Under the pieces are notes generated by a model. It ran no database searches, was not told the DNA's origin, and saw only the letters and a program-made list of their open reading frames with translations. 35,916 bases of DNA, taken from assembly GCA_000697335.1 (NCBI GenBank), contig JNEM01012610.1, positions 1 to 35,916 on the forward strand, given 5' to 3'. Position 1 is the first letter of the stretch, and every line of letters begins with the position of its first letter. Shown piece after piece: positions 26,701 through 35,916 of this stretch. This DNA comes from Conidiobolus incongruus B7586. Its lineage: Eukaryota. The position numbers and the translations under genes are program-made.

Positions 26701-26769
26701 AGCAAGGATTTTACTCGATCTACTTCCAACAAAGCTTTCAGATTGAGTTCTATTGACAGTTTATATTAG
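23764..26769 (+). CDS. Large RGS (regulator of G-protein signalling) domain protein, apparently intronless, about 1001 aa
   Basis: RGS-like helices FIQFIDFCMSEKCLELLSFWLELEAFR...YLYCTYIDEQAPLKVTLPQEI...FD....VEMELVNRAYTRF, with long Ser/Pro-rich flanks. First ATG at 23764. Confidence 0.85.
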   Translation: MMVSREVTPNNNMHDDAKKEQYKSSGKITKIPSKASRTNIYQASLSRIESRKKEWIKLNLVIKGWCSVAHPPMTWDDINHGEINLLVHRNDTVEDICHRLESEWSLNHGFLFNSFLSPNITKLATNASLEVLALSPANPASNVLPPQLLPAENDVASMKQKNSPEPQHHPIQLNLPRISVSISNPTASSDSDSYCSSNSTDNNKDPRSEYSSPCDEIIPLICGMMYYQGKPLDFRTPISIVLPNTEFNPNSPLPRVEVTNHLNLEEYYKKMRHVEELSLSSLLMTKYDDFIQFIDFCMSEKCLELLSFWLELEAFRLNKDGRSVMEGSWYLYCTYIDEQAPLKVTLPQEITEELFTDIGHRYSDNIHDVDPSELKCQFDWIHHFVEMELVNRAYTRFKLMRTVIHNAERECSNVWDYYQPNEDLTSIFPIPSLSNFNFPYLYPEALLASILSQFVGPLFTVEDYLPLYAPAQPVKRRKIIQQFHKFFHDYSSDYYWKPDKSIKSKRRLQLTRSVDFLSEKPSLSPNIQLVPTLLAPEGHPLARNFSDSTDSFSIESPPPQMPYSELNRGYQSQESLNAKGARRATFAHYERANNWLNHMENLDFELGHPVSRISTSSIQSEQPSLQPSSKPKERNPLINRLTQIWKIEYLTKRRNSAPSESIQKNLDQFEHSNFYLRRGSQDSNIPIFSKENLASASSCLGSSEHNRMSMVDYCQENGIACTSSTRDLLNHIEKEGIPRELFRAQDCSSPHLPDELPYIEASRLSISSFRRRSMKETDLQTADYNDVLNQLECTLSKTKPRTPYIPPSRHTYSPSRVSVVEKASKLKKVFGELPPPELVRTFTDGRVSTSSTDRSSIGLGGSPCNLKRFSLQSVLSQHVAITAIRDDANAGSLIHNITQIPIHWVRGKQWMINSDVSDPQLVAHTVFRRRVGKLKTILGDELQYESANQCLTNDFAKGTKDFSTMIKKGKNRLTQFIPSSKDFTRSTSNKAFRLSSIDSLY

Positions 26770-27205
26770 TTAATATCTCTTAATTCAATTCAATATGAGT
26801 ATTATATGTATTAATACTATATTTAATAATAAATTTTTAATTTCTATTTAGAAATATTTCAAAATTATTCGTATTCGAAATTGGTCTATTTAGTATTATT
26901 ATGAAATAATAAACTTAATAATTCAATGGATTGATATGTATTGGCTCAAAAATATACAATATTATATTTAATCATTAAAAATAACATTTATTATCATGTT
27001 AAATCTAATCAATCTTGAGTACCATATGAATTAATCAACTTGTTAAACATTTATTAATCATTGATAAATTTTTGATAAGAATTTTAAGATACGTTTTATG
27101 AATTAAAATACTTATCCTTGAAAGAATTATTGTACAATTTGGCCATGATCTATCTCATTGCAGTATTACACAATATAAAAATAGTTGAATATTCATAAAA
27201 TGGGA

Positions 27206-28935
27206 TTACAAGGATCCTGGAATGGGTGATTGGTCGTCGTCGCGATCATTCTCTCTATCGATTTCGGCGAAGGGACGTAAGGATTCACGTTCTTTAGCGT
27301 TTTGAAAGGAAGTAAATCTGGCGAACTTAAGTTCATTGGATTCGTCTTTGGGTGTTGTGAACAGTTTGGTCCTTCTGGTACAGGAATCGGGTGTAGAACT
27401 ACCCGACTGACGTAATTTATCCTGTTGAACGGCCAAAAGTCGCTTATCATTCGGTTTCAAAGGCGTGTTTTCGGAAGTCTCGGTTTCACCTTGACCTAAT
27501 GAATTCATTCTGGACTTGGTGATACGTTTGATGCCCGCCAAGTTCAAGGCACGAGTAACTTTGGTACGTGTCACAACATCACTATACACGTCGGTTTCAT
27601 CAATAATCTCCTCCTGGATCAATTCTTCAATGACATCTTCTAATGTGACTATACCAATTGCAACTTGCTTTCCTTTGACTTTTTCGGTGACAACGGTCAT
27701 ATGACAGGCACCCTCTTGGAAAGTGTTCAATAAGTCAAATAAACTAGTGTCGGAAGTTACAGATAGGATCTTGTAAATTTTAATGTCGCGAACTGGAGTA
27801 AAAGCGTTAGGATCTACCATAATAAGAGACTATAAAAAACCATTAATTATAGCATATAATGAAATATAAATTAAACTACCTTGGCGAGTAAAACGCCAAC
27901 TATATTAGTTCGTTCGTTTTCAAACACTGGAATACGACTGTGACCGGCGCGAACAATGTCACTAAGGACGAAAGTATCTAAAACGGAGTCAATATTGAGC
28001 ATGAACACATGTTTCAAATCGGTCATAGCGTGGTAAGCAGATTTTTCGCTGAGATCAAGAGCACCTCTAATGATTGTGACCTCATCACTCGTCAAAGATC
28101 CACCTTTGGTAGCTTCATGAATGGCAACCAATTCCTTAAGTTCAGCTCTGCGATACATATAACCGTGATGTTCACCAAGGATCCAGTCTAAAGCTTTGGC
28201 AATAGGATAGGTAATAATATACTAAATTAAAAATGATTAAAATTATGAAATTAATATTAATCATAAATAAAAACTTGCAGTTGCATAAATTAAAACTCTA
28301 ACTGGCCTAAAATAAATTAATAAATAAAAAATTATTGTAAATATTGAATAACAAATATTTACCAAGCGAAAAATGCACCAATTCTCAAACCATGTCTAGC
28401 ACAAATAGACTGAGGGATCACTTCACCAAACACGAGAATAAGACCTGTGGAAACGAAAACTGCGATATAACCACCACCAAAGACGGAGTCCAAGAAAATG
28501 GGCAAACTTTCGTTGATCAAAGTATTAGTCAACAACAAGGTCACGAGGAGTAAATGACCATTCTTGCGGATAGGCAAGATTAGAGAAGCGTACTTACGTT
28601 GCTCCGGAGTTCCCGAATTGATTAAAATTTGTAAATTGGTTTCATCCAATGACATTAAACCCAAAGTTAAACCTATATCCTATTAACTCAAAATTCTATT
28701 GATTTTTTGGGAGAAATTTACCTGCAACGAGACCTCCCAACAATACCAATAAGAAAATCATACCCATTTTGAACCAGAATTCGAAAGGTGTCAATTTATC
28801 TGGCTCATGTTCGCCGCCAGCTGACAAAGTTCCTTGAAATGCGTTATTTTGATTGTTAGAAATACTTAGGCTTAGTACATTTGTACACAACAATATACTT
28901 ATTAACTGTACATTTTTGACAAATGTCAATTTCAT
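27206..28935 (-). CDS. MAM3: CNNM/Mam3-type DUF21 + CBS-pair metal transporter; exons 28935-28722, 28672-28363, 28306-28279, 28221-27880, 27829-27206
   Basis: Signal-like N-terminus; GGLVAGLTLGLMSLD, HLLLVTLLL, FGEVIPQSIC, YRRAELKELV, GHSRIPVF, GIVTLEDVIEELIQEEIIDETD. Four phase-consistent introns, the third being GC-AG. Confidence 0.93.
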
Positions 28936-30609
28936 CACTTGTTAAAGGTTGTTTAAATTAATATAAACTATTAATAATTGGACTGTTATAAAAGTTGATT
29001 TTGGGTTGGAATTGGGTGATATTTATAGTTTCATAATGATAAGGTACTCAGAAGTGTATTGGACCTTATCTTTTAATTGCATAAATCTAATTGATTGGTT
29101 ACAATTTTTTATCCTTTAGTTGATTGGTCTCCAGCTATTTTGGAAATATTTCATTGATTAACATTAAAAAGAATTTAGTTAATAATAAGCCTGTAATTAT
29201 TGCTCTAATAGTCAAAAACATTCACGCTAATTCTAATACAATTGATTATTGATAATTTTTCAAAGAAATATTGCAAAATTCTATATAACTAGATATTTTT
29301 TTTCCCTATTTTGCATCACATGATGTTGGTTGATAGCTAAATGTTATTGGGTTATGTCATCATTAAAACTTTGCCTAGATTATTTCATCCTTTAATAAAT
29401 AATTAGTCATCAATATTTAGAAACGTTAAAGTAATGAAGGAGCTATAAATCAATATATAAATTATAAATTGAATTAATTATTTTTTATTATACTATAATA
29501 TTCAACAGATCAAATGAAATCTTACGATTAATCAAAAATTTCATAGAAATAATATTCATTAATTTATCGGGTTTGTAAAATTCAAAAAACTGGCAAGTAA
29601 CCAAACTTTCAAAATTGGATTCAATTATTAAAAAAATAAAAAAAAATCCAAAAATAATTTCATAATAATAACAAATTAGTATATATTGCTATATATATAT
29701 AACCATATATTGCTTTAATAATTTATATAAAAATTATTAATTTTCTTTGAAACTTTACAATCCTTTACAAAACAATTGAATTTGAAAATTTATCAACTAT
29801 GAAATTTAAGAAACTCAAAAATATAGCTATAATTTAACTTAGGTTAATCTTTAGGTCTAGTTAAATCATTGAAGCTTTCAGGAGATTAGAAATTTGACTA
29901 TTTAGTAATTTAAATTCCCAAAAATTTCAAAATAGTTACTTAAATTTTTGTATATAAAATTAATTTGTTTAGTTTCAAAGTTATCACATGGTAAAATTTA
30001 ATATTACTTGAATAATATATAGGAAGAGATTTTATTGCAAATATAGTTACCTATACTGTAAAAGGTTATTAATTTATAAAGCTTGGTGAAGTATCAAATT
30101 CTAGGTGATTTAAACTAAGAAAATTCACGTGAATAGATAGTGTAATTTGGATATTAAATATTGAATACTCTGCCAAGAATTACTATTAATCATATATAGT
30201 ATTGTAACGAACATTACCAGTAGATAAAGATATAAACGGAAGGAATATTATATTTACTTACGCAGATCGATTTTTTAGCTCTTTTGAATGTTCAATAATA
30301 TAATTTTTATTCAAATTACTATCATTTCAGATATAATTCTTGAATATACTGAATAGTTTGATTTTTTCCTATTTATATTATATTGATATTCTGATTCAAT
30401 ATTTTGACAACAAAATCAGAGTTATTCAATTTAAATTAGTCTTGTTTGTGGTATTATTCAATATGAATAATTATTTTAAATGAAGCTTTTATTTAAACTA
30501 ATGTTAATAGTATAGTATAATAATATATTAATGTTTAATCAATACTAGAAATATCATATAAATAAAGCAGACAAATGGCTAATATAATACTCCAAGCTGA
30601 ATTATTAAA

Positions 30610-32322
30610 TTATTTCTTTTGGAAAAAGCTCAATAAACTGGACTGTTTGACATGTTTACTAGCTCCCTTCGTTTGACTAGATGATTTTTGCGACTTAATC
30701 GCGGGTGAATTGGTAGTGGCGGCAGGCTTGGGGTTAGGAGACTCTTCTTTTTGAACTTCCTTTGACTTGGATATTTGAGAATTTGCACCTTCTTCAAAGA
30801 ATTCAAATTCATCGTCAGATTCATTTAATAATGGTCGTTTAGTAGATTTGGCTGGTGCTGTCTTAACAGTATTGTTGTTTGATTCAGTTGATATCAATTT
30901 GTTGGATTGGTCACTGCTCCTAGTGTCAACGGCTTCAAGGGGATCTATTATAAACAATTAGTTTGATAAATATGATTCTGTTTCATAATACGAACCATTG
31001 TCACTCTCGTCATCTGATATAATCATTGTATTAATCTTTCTCCTCTTCTATTTAAATTATATGAATACATAATTTCAATAATAACTTATTAAAAATACCT
31101 TAAATATCTCATCAGCGGAATCAGAGTCATTAGATTCGTCATTTGATAATATCGATGTACTATAACTATTAATATATAAATTAAAAAATTTAAAATAAAT
31201 TTACCTCTTAGAAATTTTAGTAATATCTTCTTTTTCAGCTGATTTTTTAAGTATATCCTTTTTAACAGGTCCGGATTTCTTAATTGTTGATTGTTTAGTT
31301 TTAGAGTTTGAAATCTAAAGAATTTTATTAAACATAATACACAGTAATCTAATTATACTATATACCTTTTGAGTGGATTTTTTAGTTGGCTGAGTTGGTT
31401 CGATCTAAAAATTGTTAACATTCAATTAGTTGATATCGCAATTCTTATGCTGTACCTTAACAGGCTTAACTTCCACATCAACATTAGCAGACTTTGTAGA
31501 AGTGGTGGTAGTGGAAGTGACAGAAGTAGCGTCTTTTTTTTCATTTTTTCTTTCAAACTGATCTAAAGTAGCTCCACAGTGATAAAGACCACCAAGTCTA
31601 TAAAGAATAATTAGCTTGAGTGTTAAATTATTAACATATAAATATCAAGTATTTACTTTAAAACATTAATAGTGTCCATTTTGTTAAAAACTTGATTATT
31701 TGTCATAACCAAAGTGTCTAAATGGTTTAATCCCTAAAAATTTCAAAAAAAAATTAAATATCAAAATAATAATATGATTATATGAATTAACTTTTTGATC
31801 GGAGTGAGGACCAATAGCATAAACGAAAATATTATGAATATGATGATAAGTTTTCAAAAATTCTAAATATCAAGAAAGAATAATATTTTAATATTAAATA
31901 ACTAAATAAAAGTAAAATATATACCATCTAATTCATTTTGACCCAAAGCAATTTGAATTTTAATTTCATTAATGGAATCTTCATCTTCATTGTTAGAATT
32001 TTCTACTTCTCCAACAATATAGTACCAAACATTTAATTTTTCCTTCTTTAACTTATTTGAAACAAATTCATTTAATACACTAAAATATTTTCATAATATA
32101 AATAAATATAATAATATATATATATATATATGCATATTAATTACATTTTACTTAAACTTATAGGTAATTGAAAATTGACAGCTAAAGTTTTAAAAGTAAC
32201 CTAGAAATAACCAAGTCAAATTGAGTCAAATAACATTAAATAAATATTATTACAATATTATTTTCAACTAAAATATTATTCTCTAGATATTCATTAATTT
32301 CTTGAATATTATATGATGTCAT
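30610..32322 (-). CDS. POL32: DNA polymerase delta subunit 3 (Pol32/Cdc27/POLD3), 11 exons
   Basis: Spliced N-terminus EYLENNILVENNI|VTFKTLAVNFQLPISLSKIVLNEF...WYYIVG...IFVYAIGP fits the Cdc27 winged-helix region. K/S/T/D-rich linker with KRRK. C-terminal PCNA PIP box KQSSLLSFFQKK. Ten short GT-AG introns keep the frame open (e.g. 32253-32201, 32144-32080, 31924-31863, 31791-31734, 31656-31598). Confidence 0.88.
32114..32131. repeat. (AT)9 microsatellite within POL32 intron 2
   Basis: Direct reading. Confidence 0.85.
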
Positions 32323-32699
32323 AATAATTTTTTGAAAATTTTTTAAAAAAAATTTATTATTGTGGATAATGAAAACTGATTAATGAATGATTTCAATTTT
32401 AGAATCGAGTAATTGATTTGATTGAATTATGGGTTAAAATTTTTATATTTAATTTCTTAATTTATTAAAATTCAAAATTATTTGTATAAATGTTGGAAAG
32501 ATATTTAATAAAAAACATTATATTTTATTAAGGTAAATGTACTGATATAGGATTACTAAATCTATTATTAGGATTCAATATCTCTTTAATTCGTTTTAAT
32601 TCTCTCGAATTTTAACCATTTTGACTTTCCTCCCAAATGACTTTATCTGAGTCCTTACAATTAGCACAACTACCATTAAAACAAAATGATAATAAATCT

Positions 32700-34040
32700 T
32701 ATTCTTCATCCAAAAAATTGGTATTCGGGTTATCTTTCTTTAGTTTTAACATAACTTATAATATGTACATTGCTTAGTCCATTCCAATATGAGCAGAAAA
32801 TTTAATCAATAACTCAGATCAGTCTACTACACCAGCTTGAACTTGTAATAATATCAGTACACATTCGAGATGTTTCATTAAATATTGCTAATTAGTGGGT
32901 AAAAATTATTTTGGCGTTGGTTTATGAATGCAATCTTATTTAGGTTTCAAATATTCATACTCTTTCCAGGACTGAATATTAAAAAGTTGTTGGACATTGC
33001 GACTTTTAGAGAAACTTGAATAAGTCATCACAATATCCAAAAATAATATTCTCTTAAACAATTAGTAGATTTATTAATATAAAGCAATTCTATTATTTCT
33101 CTAGTTGATTTCTCTTGAACTTCTAAACAATCTCCAAAAGCTATACTTGTCATTCCTATAGAATTCCTTTCAACCCTAGTTGTAATTCCTATATTTTGAG
33201 GGATTCTTCTTAATAATGAATCTTGAATTTGAGAGAATATTTTGGACAAGACTGAGTAAAGACAAAAGTTTGAATAACAAAATTTAAAGAGAGATATTAA
33301 ATTTAAAAAAAATTGATATGACTTTGTAACCACTCTGTAGGATCCTGTACCAGATCCCTCATAGCCCAAAATTAATCTTAGTTTTCCTGTTGATTGCATT
33401 TAACAATATTTTCGGGGGCTGTAATAACTTCTATTTGTTGCATATTAACAGTAAAAATAGCATAAATTTGTTAGTGTCGCCATTACCTACCACCAGTAGC
33501 ATGACTGCCAATGCCAACAGTTGCACAAATACCAGCGGATATTGAATAACTACCACTAAACCACAGCATTCCATATATATGTCTCAATGGTGATCCAGCG
33601 CCTATTTCAGTATTTTTTGTAGAGGGAGCAATTTTAACATCATTTAACTTTTCTAGATTATACATATATAACTATTACTGCTATCTTGATTGTATTCCTC
33701 GAAAGAGTCATTATTGTTACAGATAGCAATTGAGGAATTCCTTTTATTAGCACATTTAAAAGCATTCGACTCATCTTGGCTAGATTTAATGTAAACAAAG
33801 CCATATAGTTGAATTGGTTTCAGCCTAATATTCGAAAAGAACTTTGCTTGTTCATATTTTGTTGGATTGGATGTTACTAAGCCAATCTGATTACAATTGT
33901 TAGATCCAAGTTCAGAATTATTTTAATAATACTCGATTATTATTATCCTAATCCAAAAATTATTCATAACCAAAGGAACATTTTGTGCTATATACAATGC
34001 AATCAAGACTAATGGTGAAAGCAATGAACAATTAAATTCA
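32700..34040 (-). pseudogene. Decayed FAD-linked oxidoreductase (FAD_binding_4 / BBE-like), probably once secreted
   Basis: Fragments in order across frameshifts and stops: hydrophobic LLSPLVLIALYIA; AFKCANKRNSSIAICNNNDSFEEY (position of RSGGHSFEGY); NLEKLNDVKI..TEIGAG..IYGMLW..ISAGICATVGIGSHATGG; EVITA; WAMR/GSGTGSYRVVT; weak BBE-like AYWNG..KLKKDNPNTNF. Boundaries are approximate. Confidence 0.8.
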
Positions 34041-35916
34041 ATATCATCAACATTCCCACGTATTAATTAATTTCTGTAATGAAATTCACATTTGCATGGA
34101 AAAAAGGAAAGAATAACTAAAATCAGCCAAATGAATCAACTCTAAATTGAATATAAAATTTTTATATTTTTTTTCAAAATTACTGGTATTTGAAAGTTAA
34201 TTCAATTAAATGACGATATAAAACACAGTATGCCTTTGAGAGTTTAAAATTACTTTAAACTTGCTATAATATATCAATATTGAGCTACTTGAAATGAATT
34301 AACTATTATAATTAATTTTGCATTTACTACTTAATATTGATTAAATTAATAATTTATTATACTTATTGAAAACATAGTGTTGAGTTTTTATAAGTTTTGG
34401 GAAACAAAGATCGTAGTTAGAAAAGTACTTGTAATATGATTTAGTTAATTATTTATTAATCCTGCTCTTTAACGTATCGGGACTGTGTGTCTTAAAAATT
34501 ATTATTGAGACATCGTAGCAGAATATTCAGAGAAAAAACCTTTCTTGTTAACCTTGACACTTTAGAGTTTATTTAATTCATTCAGTGAGTGATGTAGGTT
34601 TTGGAATAAATTCTAATAAAGGAGCTAAAGAGTATCACTTGATTATAGATTAACAATTACACCATGAGGAGGGGGTAATGTGAACCTAACTATCAAATCT
34701 AGACAGACAGGTATTTTTAACATACAACAATAGGGAAAATACATAATATAGGATTGGATTTTGAAATTTTTCAAGTTATATCAATAGGAACTAGTAATAA
34801 AAGTTGATTATAATTTGTTTTAATTTTTATATTAAACAATTATATTATAACACCAAATATTATAAACTCTTAAATTTGAATCAAAAATTAATTATTTTGA
34901 TAATATTTTTGTAGTTTAATGATAAATTAAGATTTTTTACCATATTTGTAATTATTTCATTTTTATTATTTTTAAATTTAAAACTTAAAATTTTTTTATT
35001 AATGAATTTTTGAACATTATTTTTAATTCTGAGAATTAGATTTAATATAAAATAAATAAAAGGATCTATAGTATTAAATAATTGATATATTACATAATAA
35101 TATCTTTAGATCAAAATTATTTTTTATATATTAATTTTAATTATATTTATAATATAAAGAAAATTAAAAGTTTTAATTTAATAATAATTGAGGTCATTTA
35201 TAAATATTAAATTTTTTATATTTTATAAGTAAATTATTAAAATAATATTTTTATTAAATTTATTATTTAATTTGGGGTTTGTTATTTTAAATCTAAAAGG
35301 CCAATTATCCAAAATATATTAATTTTTTCAAAAAAAATTTTATTGTTATATCTTAAATATTTAATAAAACAAAAAACATATTAGGAAATAATAATTAATT
35401 CTGATCAAAAACATATCCAAATATTTTAATATAAACTATAAAATTATATTTTATTAACCAAAAATTCAAATAAAAAAATTCAAATAAATTTTTAATATTT
35501 TATTCAAAACTTAAATAACTATAGCTAATTAAAATATAATAAAATATAAATAAAATTCAAAATATTTGATAAATTAATTTTATTAATAAAGTTTAACATT
35601 TTTCTATATTTCTAAATCAAGAATAATAAATCCTGTTTTAAAATAAAAATATTGTTAAATAATGATCTTATTAAATTATATTATTATATATTAAAAAATT
35701 TTAAATTATATAATTTTTATTTTAAAAATCTATTACAAATTTATAGTTTTAAATGAAATAATTTCCTAAATATATTATATAATAGTTTAAAAGTATTTAG
35801 TATTTAAAATAAATATTTCAAGATTTTTTAAATATAGCTTAATTAAAAAATTATTAAAAATAATATATTGCCTGAATTTTAATATTCAAGATCATAAATT
35901 AATATTATAATTTATC

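Noticed and set aside
34800..35916. Extremely AT-rich end as a centromere, origin or organelle DNA insertion
   Set aside because: No periodic repeat, telomere motif or organellar gene fragment is visible; composition alone is insufficient.

Overview
Very AT-rich eukaryotic DNA with short (about 48-65 nt) spliceosomal introns and the standard genetic code. It is most consistent with an early-diverging fungus; Entomophthoromycotina/Conidiobolus-like is my inference only. Intact genes, left to right: a divergent Rtf1/Plus3 protein, tRNA-Ile(AAU), a tail-anchored coiled-coil protein, a KDM4/Rph1-type histone demethylase, a probably mitochondrial family-3 O-methyltransferase, intronless glycine decarboxylase P (GCV2), a large RGS-domain protein, a CNNM/Mam3 DUF21-CBS transporter with a GC-AG intron, and an 11-exon DNA polymerase delta subunit 3. 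Features the ORF track misses or fragments: (1) a box C/D snoRNA of the snR61/U38 family inside the long intron of an apparently non-coding host transcript, with a second element that could pair next to the same rRNA site; (2) a full-length but disabled CHL1/DDX11 helicase pseudogene; (3) a more decayed FAD-linked BBE-type oxidase pseudogene. Both pseudogenes show mainly C>T/G>A damage. I recognised no CRISPR array, rRNA gene or intact transposon. All family calls come from motif recognition by eye, not from database searches.
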